A stretch of DNA of 53,724 nt, filler included, from Sphacelaria rigidula (taxonomy: Eukaryota): the NCBI GenBank assembly GCA_964200075.2. It is 4 parts of 4 records of this genome, joined end to end, with 100 filler letters (N's around TTAATTAATTAA, not from the genome) between each part and the next. Parts side by side here need not be neighbours in the genome. Positions count along the whole stretch, not along the records: positions 26,914 to 40,269 come from CAXNAA020002942.1; positions 40,370 to 53,724 come from CAXNAA020002943.1; 2 more parts are not named here. One strand, written 5' to 3'. Positions 38,661 through 50,936 of this stretch are shown here, piece after piece; the first letter of the stretch is position 1, and every line of letters begins with the position of its first letter. The notes under the pieces were generated by a model. It was not told where the DNA came from. It did not search any database and saw only the letters and a list, made by a program, of their open reading frames with translations. The position numbers and the translations under genes are program-made.

Positions 38661-40369
38661 AGATAGTGTGGGAGCTCGATCACGCAGCCCGAGACAACAC
38701 CTGTCTACAGCAGCGCATGTCATGACTGTCATGTGACAATATTCATACAGCGATAACACATACACGGAAATCTTCGGTGCACGAGCGATTGTCGACGCAT
38801 ACGACGCTGGCATCTTAAGGTCGTCGACCGTGCTTGCCTCTTACCTAGAAAACACCTGGTCGATTTCTATGTGGGTGTGTCCCACCATCATGAAGTTCAC
38901 CTCGATGACGTCCACGATCTCCTCCGCCACTAACATCCCTGCGTACCCGAGGAAGAAGTTGTTCTTGTTCTCCGAGGCGGCGTTGTCCACCTGAGTGGTT
39001 GCCGGTCAGAGGCGTTGGGGGGCGGTGATGGAGATCATTGAAATCCTCCTTTTGTTTGTGGGCATGGAATACCCCAAGTAACGATCTGAGGATCGTAACT
39101 GGTGGCTCTCGGTTTGCACGCTACAACAATGCATGCGCTCCAGACCCTCGACAACGTGTTCAACATATATTCACGACGATGTGTTCCATGACGGAGCTCA
39201 CCTGCCAGTGCGCGCGCTTGATGATGCACCCCCCGTCGCCGTCCGGCTTGTGATGCGTGTCGATCAGCCTGGTGAGGGCGAGATGGACAGCTATGCACGC
39301 GAGATTGCAGCCTGCATGACAAAGAATGCGGACGAAGGGCGAGGTAATCGATTGTGGTGGATTTTGGCATACGTGTATTGCCGTGCAGGACAAGGGAGTG
39401 AAGTGTGGCGGTCAGCACGACACTGCCGGACACTTGCTCCATCAGCGGTGGCCGTATGTAGTACGTTGTACTGCCCAATCCTTAGTTTCTGACTAGGAGA
39501 ATCACGTACCTGCCCCGAGATTCTGAGGCGCGAAGAACACTTCGACGCACTGGCCTTCGACTAGCGCACACTGGATTTTCTGGCGCTCTGCATAGCCCCT
39601 GGTAACATATTTAATGATCACGACGTAGGACAACATGAACAGAGGGTTCCCTGACGTCGTTCGGTAGTAGTGTTGATACAGTGGAAGACATCAAGAACGG
39701 GTTGTCACCAAAGATGCATCTAAAACTCCGTAACTACGGCTTGTCATTGCAAAGAAATCATCTCTGGGCGCCATGTGTAGAGGGGTATACTTTCGGAAGG
39801 ATATGCGTCGTCTGGATTGCCGCGTCTACCGACAGCGAGATGTAGTCCAACGGTTTCCCATCAGCTTTGGCTCGCAGCGCGGCTTGCGTGGTGTCTGCGA
39901 TGACCTGTCGATCAGCTTGGATCATCTGTCCAACATAGCATGTGCAAGCAGCGTGGAGTGCACGTTTGGAGGAATGCGTTTGATTGCTGCGCAGGACAAC
40001 CACCGCATATTGGAGGCGCGTGTTTTTGAAAACACGGTATTTTACATATTGGGGATGGAGGTTTTATTGGGGATGAGAACGAAATCCAAATTCGTATGGC
40101 GTGGAGTAGTTGTCAATAGCTGCCAGCAAGTGAAGAAATGGAAGCATGTTTCGAACGTTTGTTGCAGAAACGAAGATTTTGCTGTCCGGGTTCTCATCGC
40201 CAATACACAGCCCAACCGGACGCCCTCCGAAACCACTCGAGCTATCGGCCTGGACCTACATTACTCCTCNNNNNNNNNNNNNNNNNNNNNNNNNNNNNNN
40301 NNNNNNNNNNNNNTTAATTAATTAANNNNNNNNNNNNNNNNNNNNNNNNNNNNNNNNNNNNNNNNNNNN

Positions 40370-41045
40370 CTCGGGCCTGCCCTTTGGAATATGATTTCTC
40401 TTGGGCGGGCTCCCCACTAGAATGGAAATACCTTGCTCGCCAGTTTCTAATAAGTAATGACTGCCTCAACACCGCCCGGTGTTGTCGCTGTGCAACTGCC
40501 CGTAACAGCCAATCACATACAAAAAAATACTTTTCAGTACAGTGAGCGTCTAGCCGCAAACAATGCTTTCCCCACACTTTCAGCGACGGCGGCCGATGCG
40601 TTTTTGCTCAGCCTAATGCCCCTCGGCCGCGCACGGAGTATCTCACCGCTTTGTACCGAACCCGTCAGCTTACAGCGCTGAGCACAACCGCACTTCCCCC
40701 CCCGAACCGATATGAGGGTTATATGACGATTTTGGTCAGTGCTGTACTGTTACGGCTTCGGTGAAAGGCGTGGAATGAAGCATCCACGCCATCATCGAGG
40801 TGCACTCAGCCGAAAAAAATCGACGAGTACAGTCGCTGAAAGTGTTGCGGAAATACTCTTGGCGGGCAGAAGCTCATTCTTCCGGACAATATCTCATTAT
40901 GGAACTGGCCGCAACTGGTAGTCACCAACCATCAACACCACGCCGTGTTACGGCAATCGTTTTGTATTGGACACCGCTCCAAAAGCTATGTCAATTCTTC
41001 GATTGGAGTCCGCCGAATAGGACTCATGGTATACCAGCGGCTGTC
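40370..41045. repeat. Diverged inverted repeat (arms ~40370-40680 and ~40737-41045, spacer ~56 bp)
   Basis: The reverse complement of the left arm aligns with the right arm: CAGCGCTGTA/CAGTGCTGTA, GTCGCTGAAAGTGT identical, AAGGTATTTCCATTCT/AAGCTATGTCAATTCT, GGAGCCCGCCCAAGAG/GGAGTCCGCCGAATAG. Confidence 0.75.
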
Positions 41046-41099
41046 ACGTGGGCGACACGGGTACCTATCTCCGCCCTCGCGCTTGCCGCCGACAATCCC

Positions 41100-44000
41100 C
41101 CGGTAACACATTGCCTCGACTGTGCATCCGGAACCCGCTGCAGGTGTCGGCCGGAGGCCTGGCAGACATACACCTTGTTGCCGCAGGATACTCAGCAGAA
41201 CCACCTGCACACCTCCCTGGTAAGTGCCTGTCATGCAGAGGACGACAAACGGACAGAAGGCGACTTAGACTTGTCGCACCTTGTGCAAGGATCACTCGGA
41301 CGCCATTCGCACACGGCCCTTGGTATGGGAGGCCCGCCGAGGTTAATTGCTACTGTCACAGGGGAACAAGGCGCTGGCGGCCGACAGCGTTTTGTGCAAG
41401 GCCTGTCGGTGCTCGTTCAAGAAATACCTACATTCTGCAAACATGGAGGAAGCGCGTATGACGTCTGCCCACGACAAAGCCCCAACCGACGGGGTGCATC
41501 GGTGGGTGTCTCGCACCACCCAGCGCGCGCAGGCCACGCTGAGTTCAGGAGCTGTAGTAACTGGCATGGGCGTGGAGGAGTGGCTACTCGAAATTGTCCG
41601 GACGTGAACCCTACGTATGTGCGGAAACTCGCTCGACAGCTAATGGCGGATGTCGGGCGTAGCGTGTCCGATGTAGCCTCCGTCGCCCTGCGAGGTGTCG
41701 AAACATCAGAAATAGATGGGCGGAGGGTTTGCAATTTCCTTATCCCTCGCGGGTTTCCCGCGCAAGAGGTCGCGAAGCTCCATTTGCTGTGTAGAAACAG
41801 AGGTGCGATTATCAGCGATCTACAACGTAGGTTGGCCGCGATGGAGCAGAGGCTGAACGACCTACGGGCGGCGGTGACCATGGATGCTCACACGGCCTCT
41901 CTTCCGCCGGAGCAACGTGAAGACACCGTGCGAAAAGCCGGGTGGATCGTGCGCGACGATATCGTCGCCTCCGTGGAGCTCAAGAACGTTCGTAGGTCCA
42001 CCGCGCTAGTAGATGATATCGAGAGAGAGCTAGTGCCCGTATCTGAGTACATGACGAAATCGCCAACGTCGCTACGCGTTTTGTTCCATGCGATCTTTCG
42101 GTGGGATATGGTGGGTGGGGTTACCGAAGAAGCTGCGCCGCAGCAGGTGGAGCATGCGGCCGACACAACCGCGCCGGTTCCACTCGCCCCTGGCGGGACA
42201 AGGAACGACAGCACAAAAGAGGAGATCCTGTCATACTTCTTGGTGACGATGTTCATCACTGCCGTGCTGCGGCGCGCGTATAGGCCTCCCCATGCATGGA
42301 TGCTGGCCCAGGTGCTAAAATCTCACGGGGCGACGAGAAAAAGGAATGATTTTATGGCGAGGCTTGGGATCTGTTTGTCGGACAGCCAGATGAGGAAGCG
42401 GGAGGAGCTCGTGGTCCAGCGGCGGGGACAAGACCACGCCATACCCCAGAGGGCGGGAGTGGCCGCGGCGGCGTTTCATAATTATGACATGCATGCCACC
42501 ATGAACCTCGAAGGGCCGTAATATCAGCCGTTCATTTCCGCAACAGCCGTAGTAGTGGAAGAGGACTACCCAAAGCTCGAGAATCTAAAGCTGTCTCCTT
42601 ATTCGGAGTGGACCCCGCTCAAGGATCTCACGGTGGTGCATGTGAGGGACGGACTACGTCGTGACCAAACCCGAGAGATATATGACAGTCACGTGATGGA
42701 CCTCTTCGGGAGCGCTTGCAGGAGTGCAGCTGGTGGCCGAAGAGGCGATGAAACTTGCATGGAAGCGGAGTGGAGAAAGGTAAGTATGCTTGGTCGTCTG
42801 TTCCGGTGTTTCGAATCTAGTTCATTTGATTGTGGCACAAATGCTACCGTAGGGGTGCGATCTCTCAGCAGTTGAAAGGAGGTCTGCGCCGGTGCAGAGT
42901 ATTGGCTCTTATTTTGTGGGAGTGGATAGTTTGTGTTGTATCATGCAATCTGTCGGGGTCACTTGTTCGCGTTTATTATTTTCTGTGGGGTGCGAGCGTG
43001 AGGGTGCTTCACGTTTATTGGCTGACGCTCACCTCGCCACACCAAGGGGGGACTATCGCATACGTCCCGCGCATGTGCCCATGTCATGGCTCCAGGAGCC
43101 ATCGCCCGTACCGTTCGGGAACGTTCACGGCTGGGGTGTCACGAGGCTGACGATGTACAGTGACGGCATGACGGTGCCGTGTCCGGTACAAATGCCGCTG
43201 TCTCGCCTAACCGTACCGAAATCTGAGATCAATGGTTGACTGTTAGACGGCGGTCGTGTATTGCAAGTGTGTTCCGTCCGCGTATTTTATGTCAACTTTG
43301 TGCTCTTCCGCGCGGTGCCTATCTGGGCTGTCTGCAGGGTGTCCAGCCGGAGCCCCGGATACCGCAACAGACAGTGCACATGCTCATCCAAGAGGGATCC
43401 ACTAAAGACTATGAAGCAAATGAGCGTGCCCTACACAGAATCTGCCGCATGTTGAGGCTGGGCGAGCGCGATGGACGCCACCGCGCCGTGATAGCTGGGG
43501 ACGAGGAGACCTTCCGCTGGGTTTACCGTTACTGTCAGATGCACCCAGAGATGTTGGAGCAGGTGTTCCTGTGGCCCGGGGAGTTTCACATTCTCATGCA
43601 CCTTGCCAAGGCATTGCTGAAAAGAACGTGGGGTACCGACCTGGAGTTCGTGGCGAAAGACATCGGTGGCGACGATTCCAGCGCCGCAGAGGGGACCAAT
43701 TACCGCCGGGCACACCACCAGCTCACGGTCCTCTGCGAATCCTTCATTGTGGCTATCACGGCCATCATGCGGGACGAGCTAGGGCCAGCGTTTCGCGAAG
43801 GAGCAGTCGGCGCTGAGCAGGTCATGGAATGGATCAAGGGCCGAGCAGCCGATCAAAAGACGTTCAAGGTCTGGGCGCAATTCCTCCTCGTCGACTACCC
43901 GGCGTACGCGGGGATGAGGAGGGGTGTGCGCACTGGAGATTTCAAGCTGCGTAATGCCTGCCTGCGCATGGCGGCGCCGATTTTCTGTGGTTACGGGAAG

Positions 44001-47000
44001 GACCTATGCCAATGGGAAGTTGCTGTTCACTTGAGGACCCTGGCACGCATGACCGATGACGACCACCGGGCCATGACCCAATTATTCTCGACCTCGTTGG
44101 GCGGGGATGCTTTCTCCCGCCTGGTATGGGACGAGAGGTAAGAGGTGTCCAACCGCGGCTACAAGGGAGCAATGAAGAAAATCACGAAATCCTTTGTCGC
44201 GAAGCTGGCTGCCATCGTGGGCGCGCGCGAGAGGGCCATTGGCAAGATCGAGCAAGCATTCTTTCCACCTCCTCACGAGGGAGGCGCCGTGGGTCGCCTC
44301 ATAAAAAAACGTCAGCCCGCCGTGGCCAGTGCTGTCAAAGTCGTGCGTGACTGCCTCGCCTTTAGCGCTGACGGCCGCGAGAATCTCGTGGCGTTGGACG
44401 ACCGCGTGCTCACAGCTCAGGAAGGAGCCGAAATCCTCGATGTCCCCACCCAGTGTCAAGGGGTGTGGACAGGGATCATCAAGAGATTCGAATTCAAGGA
44501 CAAATCGGCTCATGGCACACTGAGGCGGAAGATGAGATTCGTCCCTCCGGCACGCAGCAGCGAGAAATCAACGAAACAGGAGGGGAGGTCTTCGACCTTG
44601 GAAAAAAGTGTGAACAGTCTCAGGATGCAGGCGGTCGAACATCACAACATCCTCACTTCGCTTCTCAGTCGCGGCGACCGTGTGGCGCCGGAGGACCTCG
44701 TGCAAGCTGTGCTACACCTCGGGACGGTCGTCCCGCAAGCAATGGCGATCGTTGATGGAGGTACGTTCCTGTGCGGTTTCCCCCGCTGCTTGTGTCTCGC
44801 CCACTGGGCAGCACAGAGGAAAGGTTGCGAGCACGTAGCCCCCGCCCCCCCCCACCCCCATGCAAGCATTCCAGAAATATATATGCCGTCATGCGTATAT
44901 GCATTCTGTCAACATAGCGGCAGCAAATTGACGATGAAGACAGTTCGGATTTTTTTCTGCTGATTCTGTAGCAAGAAATTGATTGAGAGGCACTGACAAA
45001 AAACGAAAAGTCTGGCGGGCTTTGCGGGGCTTATGTATTGACTTTTGCTCCTGGCTCGCTCTGCCTCGTTGGCCTCAGGCTTCCATGCCAAGGGTCTCTG
45101 CGCTCCGTAGCTGACCGCAGCCGCGTGCGCTTCGGCAATAAACCGGGGGGACAGCCGGGTGTCCCCCCCCCCTCAAAAAGTCAATTTTCCGATTTTGTGG
45201 CCTCCGTGTCTAGAAGGTTTTGTTACTATGACCCCTGTCTCACCCGGTATACTCTGCTGCGCTGCTGAGACCACCCTGTGTCAAGCGCTCCCAATGCCAA
45301 CGCCGCCAAAGCATGTATATTTGATAAAGATGGGCGTTTGCACCTACCTTTCTTGAAACCATTACTGCTTGAAAGTGGAGGTCATGTATCACCGGTTGTG
45401 TGCGCCTCACTGCGTTTGGTCCCCTCCCTGATTTGCTCATCTCTTGTTCCTGGCAGTTTCTTGGCTGTTTTTGTTTCGTTTGTACACCCCCACCGCTCCC
45501 CGCGAACGAACCACTCTGTCTTCTTGCCTATTTTACTCCTTTCTTCACTTTCTATTCTGTTTAATTTGTATTTTGGTTCAATTTTCTCCTTTTTTTGGTC
45601 ATCACGACGTGGGGTGTTGCAACCACGGACGTCATGCGGGGTCACCGTGTTGTGTTCTTATTTGTGTTCGTGCGCGTGGTCGTTGTTATTTCTTGTTATT
45701 TCTGTTGTTATTCGTTCTTGCTCTCCTTGTGGCTTGTTGTTGTTGGTGGTAGTGGTGGTGATGGTGGTGGTGGTGGTGTCCTTTTCGTTGTTCTCGCTGT
45801 GTCCTTTCTTGTTTCCTTTCTGAGGCCATTGCTTCTGTCTGTTCTGTTTATTTTCTTCTTCTGGTTTTTTGCTGCTCCTGACCACGGACTAGATTGTGAC
45901 GAGCACCTAATGTGAGATAATCAATCCATCAAACAATTGTCGTGCCTCGCGAGAGAGGGGGTGGGGGAGGGTCTATTCTTTCCACATCCCCGTGATGCAG
46001 ACAAGCACCCACCCCCCTCCTTCCTGCCCGCCGCTCCTGAATGCAGGTTTGCGTCATGCAAACAAATCTGTGGGCCCGAGGAGGTTTATGGAGAAGGTTT
46101 GCCCGGATGCCATCAGGGACGAGGAGTTCTACTCGGCTGCGGGACATGCGGTGGACTTCCCGTGCGAGTTACACAAGACCCCACCACCTGACGCTCTCGC
46201 AGGTGGCGAGGCGGGAGTCGTGGAATATTACCGGAGGAAAATCATCGCAAACTGCGCCCATGGCGCTAGGATGGTGGTCATCTGCTGCGACTGGTCTGAC
46301 CTCGTGTCACCCATAAAAGCGCATGAACATGCAGGGCGACAGGCCAAGGTGAAAAAGTGCGATCGCGTGTTCAATGCGACTTGCACGGACGGGCTACCTG
46401 CCGGGTTGGAATTTCAGTCATACATCAGGGCGGCGGACAATCGCTCTGAAATGAATCGAGCGATCTGATAAAGCACAATTGGTGACACGCAAGCGTTTAT
46501 GGCAACCGACGCCAAGGTAATTTTTGACGGCGTCGAGGCGACCGCTACCTGCCCGGATGTGAGGAGTCCGCGCCACCTCCGTTCTCCCGTCTCCTGTGAC
46601 GCGACGGAGACGGCAACATCATGCCGAACGAGACGCCTGGATGACAGGTCCACCACAGCTGCGGCAGAGCACGGAGACGAAGAGGGGGTCGCTGGACATG
46701 GCGGGGGGGGGCTGCGACGTACCGGCGGCACAGGGGAACCCTTCATCTCGCGTCAGAACGCACCCCCGGATGAGGGACCGGCGTAGGGAGTGACTACTGC
46801 AAGCACTGGCGGTCTGGCGGGACTCGCCGGCCGCCAGCCACCGTCCGTATCGCCCAACTTTGTCACCGGCTTGCACGCGGCACAGGGGAATATGGGAGTG
46901 TATTGCACGGCACCAGTAGAGGCCAATCGCCGGCCGCTCGCCACTTTAACGGTGAACAGACCCCTGATGCCCTTGTTGAGCGTCAGGAGAGGGGGGGCGG

Positions 47001-48841
47001 GGGCGGGTCCCATCCATGCAGAGCTGGTCCCATCGGCGGCGCCGGGGCCCCCGATTCCGGGCGGAGAGATTTCGTTTGATCATGCACTCGGCGCCGCTGA
47101 CGCCGCTGGCGGAGCGGACGACATAGGATCTGCGCTTCATCCGTACGGAGCGGATGAACCCTCGCAAGTAATGACCTTGCCCGCCAATCCCTCGCATGAT
47201 GCCTGTCTCCTGTTGAAATCCCATGCGTCACCAACGGAATACAGCAGTGCCTCCCTGCCTCTGTGGCGCGAACCAGCGATAAATTCTGCCGCGGTCGATG
47301 CCAGAGATGGACAAGCGCCGGATACGGGCGACCGCGAGGGCAGGGGAGGGGGCTCCGCCCCTGAACCTCAGCCTCCTCTACCCTCCTTCGCCACGGCGGC
47401 GCATGCCATAGAGGCACCTGCACTCCACGCTCATCCGGTACCCGCGCGCTCGTGCGTACCGCGGGAAGAAACCGAGACCCGGCGCCACGATGGGGACACA
47501 GCCAGAGGGGATCGGGCGCATGCGCCTCGCGGCTGCGCGGTGCCCGTGAATCTCCTCCACGCGCGGGACGGTATGTGTCACCAGGGACGGATCGAGCGCG
47601 AAACCGGGCCGCAAATCGGAGAGGGGAAGCTGGCAACTGCTCATTTCTTGATTAATCACACGAAGTACCTCGAGCGTGGTGCTGCAAGGATAGAGAGATG
47701 GCTAGTGACGTCTGTCGACACTGATCAGTTGATGATCGTCCTCCTGGCTATGGCGGCGGGAAACATTTTCGCCAACACCGAGGAACGCACGCGCGTGACG
47801 ATCCGTCGCCGACTCGTCGACGGCGTGGAATATGTCAACATTGATCGCGTGTATGAAGCAGTCACGAATCTACAAGACGGTGCTGTGGGTGCTTGGGAAG
47901 GGAGTAGCACGTGGGTGGCCGAACAAGGCGGTTTTGAGGGTCGCCCTTTTTGTGCTGGTGTTCTTGCTGAGTGGTTGTGACTTTCTGCCCTGCTTCCATG
48001 GCCTGCCTTTCCAGTCGATGTGGTAGGCGCTTCTCAAAGGCCTGCGCGTGCCAGGTCTCTTCCCGAAGGCGCTGTTGCGATTTGAGGGCGGATCGGTGGC
48101 GGTCGACGAGGATGAAGTGGTGAAGTTTCTCGCTGTAGCGTTTTACTATAAACGGAAATCTGCAGTCTCGACGAATGGAGCCCGCGCCCAGGATGTTTTT
48201 TACAATCAGGCCGGCGGAGACACCGAAACATTCGTCAAGTGGGTGAGGTTGTTGACGTGGAAGATGGGCGGCACGAACCCAAGGCAGCTGGTCCCGCCAG
48301 AGGATGCGTTGCGATACCAGGTCAAGCGAGCAGCTGCTGTCTTAGAATACTGGACGGGGGGGATGACTGATACCATGCCCCATGTTGACTTCAAGGATCG
48401 CGGATGGAATACGGCGTCGGGCAAGGCAGGGGAGGCTGTGACATATGACAACATTGTCTTCAACTTGTCCGAGCATGCATACATCGACAGCACGGGCAAC
48501 ATCAAGCAGCTTACGTGTGGGTGTAACCCTACCGCGGCGGAGAAGGACCAATGCCGGCGCAGGTGCACTTGCGCGAGATTGGGCAAAGGTTGCCATCCCA
48601 TTCTCTGCGGCTGTAAGGGGCGATGCAACCCGAGCAACGCCACAGCACCGGGTTGATACCCTGAAGTGTTGCGGTGGGAGACGGGAGGGCAACGTGACAC
48701 TGGTGAAGATGAAAACGTCGATCCCATGTCGGTCGGGTCGGACACGGACGGCAGCACCTGCTCGGATACATGTTCTGACTTCAGCGATGACAGCGGCATG
48801 GACGAGGTCGACCGCTGCCTCGAACGGGCAACCCTGGCATG
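41100..48841 (+). pseudogene. AcademX-type transposase pseudogene: N-terminal Cys motifs, Academ DDE domain, XPG/PIN-like nuclease, terminal Cys-rich zinc finger, acidic tail
   Basis: DDE region motifs: AF(H)NYD, IAGDEETF...WPGEFHILM, GTNYRRAHH, RTGDFKL...APIF, FSRLVWDER*EVSN, GLRHANKS. XPG-like motifs: VVICCD...IKAHE, GEGK, VTSVDTDQL, LLSGCDFLPCFHG. C-terminus: LVPPEDALRYQVKRA...W...RGW, then CGC...C...CTC...C...CGC...C. Phase-consistent GT-AG introns at 42780-43337 and 44761-46046, probably also 41220-41361. Multiple stops and frameshifts. Confidence 0.8.
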
Positions 48842-50686
48842 ACGGAGCACAGTTTCAGCGGATATCATGCTGTACGCGGGAGGTGCGCATTGCGGGGAGA
48901 GGGGGGGGGGGCTCAACTGTTGATTGCCTTAGTCGTTTCAGCGTTGACCACGCATCCCTTCCGACACAGAGTGCCGCTCTTACCCGTAATGGAGACACCT
49001 CCAACAGTGGGGTGTACATAAAGTTCATTACATAGATCTCACAAAATCCCTTTACATACCTTATTCCGGCCCTGTTTCGCCGTCCGTGGCCACCATTGAT
49101 GTCCAAGTTTATTTGTGTTCACCGCGCGTATCCCGTTCGTGATCAGGTGTTGGCAGTCACTCGTAACGCGGGAGATGGGGAATAGCGGAGCGTCACGCCG
49201 GCGATGAAGTGAGAGTAGAGGGCTACTAGGTTTCAGGGCAGGGTTGGTGAAGTTGCCGGGGGTTATGTAAGCCGTAAATATGGAGCTGACGGCATCGCAG
49301 ACTGTACCACTGTGAAATTGAAAGACGGGGTGTGTCTACCAAACGCAGGATGACTAGTGTGCAACGAGGGTCGGAATTTCGTGTTGCCTACCCGTAACTG
49401 GACGCTGACCCGCAAGCCAACAGTAGGGGAGGCACTACATGCCGCTGAAGGCGTCGCGATCGCGGAACGGTAGTGTTGCAAACAAAATGTCTGCATCGTC
49501 CCGCTTATCGGTCACAATGCCCCTGAAATGTCTGCCCCGCGTAGATGTTGTGTGTGCCCGCCGCGCCGGCGCCCGCAGTCTCTTTCAAAACTGTTTTTTG
49601 CAGCGATTCTTCCACACGGTGGGCCTCGGTCTACTATTGTAAAGTACCGTCCGGGAGTCCACAGTTAAAATTTTGCAGGAAAACACCTACGCGCCTATTT
49701 TTGGTTACAGCGGGAGAACCCTCTTCAGTGATGGACCGAAATGCTCGCACGCTACCAAGTCCTGAGGGCTATACCACCGCAGGGATGTTTGTTTCAATGT
49801 CCTGAGCCTCCTTGCCGTAGGACTCTCTCCATCCCAAACATGTTGTGGGCGAGCCTTAGTGTTCAGCCTCAGAAATATTTTGAACTGAAATGTGCACCCC
49901 TACCGTCGCTTGACTCGTAATAAAATCATTTCCTGGATGACGCTCGCACAGCCGTGTTGCAACGGCCGGAGGAAAATGCTGCAGCACACCCCCACACCTC
50001 CTCCCCGCGCCATATAGGGAAATATTTTCGCGATGTTGCAACTTTTCCATCTCATGGCTAGCAAGGCATTTTTTCATTTATAAAACGTGATCAAGGTCGA
50101 GATGCCCCTTCGAGCTTTGTAAGAGACGGTGATATCGGTTCCTTCATACTTTGCCACGGGGGCTTTTGAAATCACCGAGAGGGACATGGACGGGCGGTCA
50201 GGTGGAAGCGCACGACAGCATGGCAGAGGGCGAAAAGCACACACAAAAGAACAGAACCACCAAGTAATTTGTCTTCAAAACAGAGAACCTACCGCCCGCC
50301 CGCCCCCACACCCTGAGTCCACGACGCAGTTTTTCACAGTCAGTCAAACATATGCATTGCTGCTGCCGGGTGGATGCTGTAGGTCGCATACATTATTGTC
50401 CACGATCTCATGGGGAAGATGGGGTTCCGCGACTTCATGTTCCGCACGCAGCCCGAGAGAGCGCTTGCGGGCCCCTGCACATGGATGGACATCACTGAGA
50501 CGGGACAGTCAGAGTGAAGATACGACGGCTGCATGCTTTCTGTTCCCCTACGCGGAATATGCGGCGCAATCGTTCCCGCTGTATCTTCACTGGCCGACTG
50601 CTATTATTTTGCCGTTTTTTACTAAAAACTTGGTTGTGAAGTTCTCCCCCCAGGGTGTAAGACCCCACGTGAAACTTGGCACACGA

Positions 50687-50936
50687 GACTGCTGCCGAGA
50701 TAGCCCCCCCCCCGAACCGGCCGAAAAGGTGCACGGAGGTGATGATCAAAAATGCCATTAGAGCTGTTTTCGTGCTGCACGACGCGACTCATTTGGGCGT
50801 TATAGCTGATTTCGAACTACTACACGCCTCTCTGGTGGACGAAATTGCCGCAAATGACCTCAATAGTGGGATCGCAGCCGATTTGTCGGACGATCCCCGG
50901 TACACTTTTTGTGGGGGACCTATCTCGGCATTAGTC
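50687..50936. mobile_element. MITE family C copy (inverted; TSD ACGA)
   Basis: GACTGCTGCCGAGATAGCCCC...CCTATCTCGGCATTAGTC; ACGA at 50683-50686 and 50937-50940. Confidence 0.85.

Larger units (their letters stand above)
35762..39990 (-). pseudogene. Spliced Sola-like DDD transposase pseudogene (DUF7869-type)
   Basis: Phase-consistent exons: ~39762-39986 (YISLSVDAAIQTTHILP), 39510-39598, 39202-39311 (GCNLACIAVHLAL...HWQ), 38845-38990 (VDNAASENKNNFFL...FMMVGHTHIEIDQVFS), ~36900-37332 (frameshifted; FRAFRV...VMFKRY...W) and 35762-36609 (acidic region, in-frame TAG at 36077). Two donors appear mutated to AT. The 5' end is probably lost in or near the gap at 40271. Confidence 0.75.

Noticed and set aside
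40800-42521. 573-aa ORF as an intact standalone gene
   Set aside because: It reads through the inverted-repeat arm and a probable intron, includes an out-of-frame segment, and only its 3' part carries Academ motifs, which continue past the stop.
48545-48640. Host tesmin/TSO1 CXC or metallothionein gene
   Set aside because: The Cys cluster directly follows the XPG-like and PP..AL....RA motifs in the AcademX domain order, so it belongs to the transposon protein.
35301-50936. Inverted ~250-bp repeats flanking both transposase genes as TIRs of one 15.6-kb element
   Set aside because: Each copy has its own TIRs and its own different 4-bp TSD (GTAG, ACGA), so they are independent MITE insertions.
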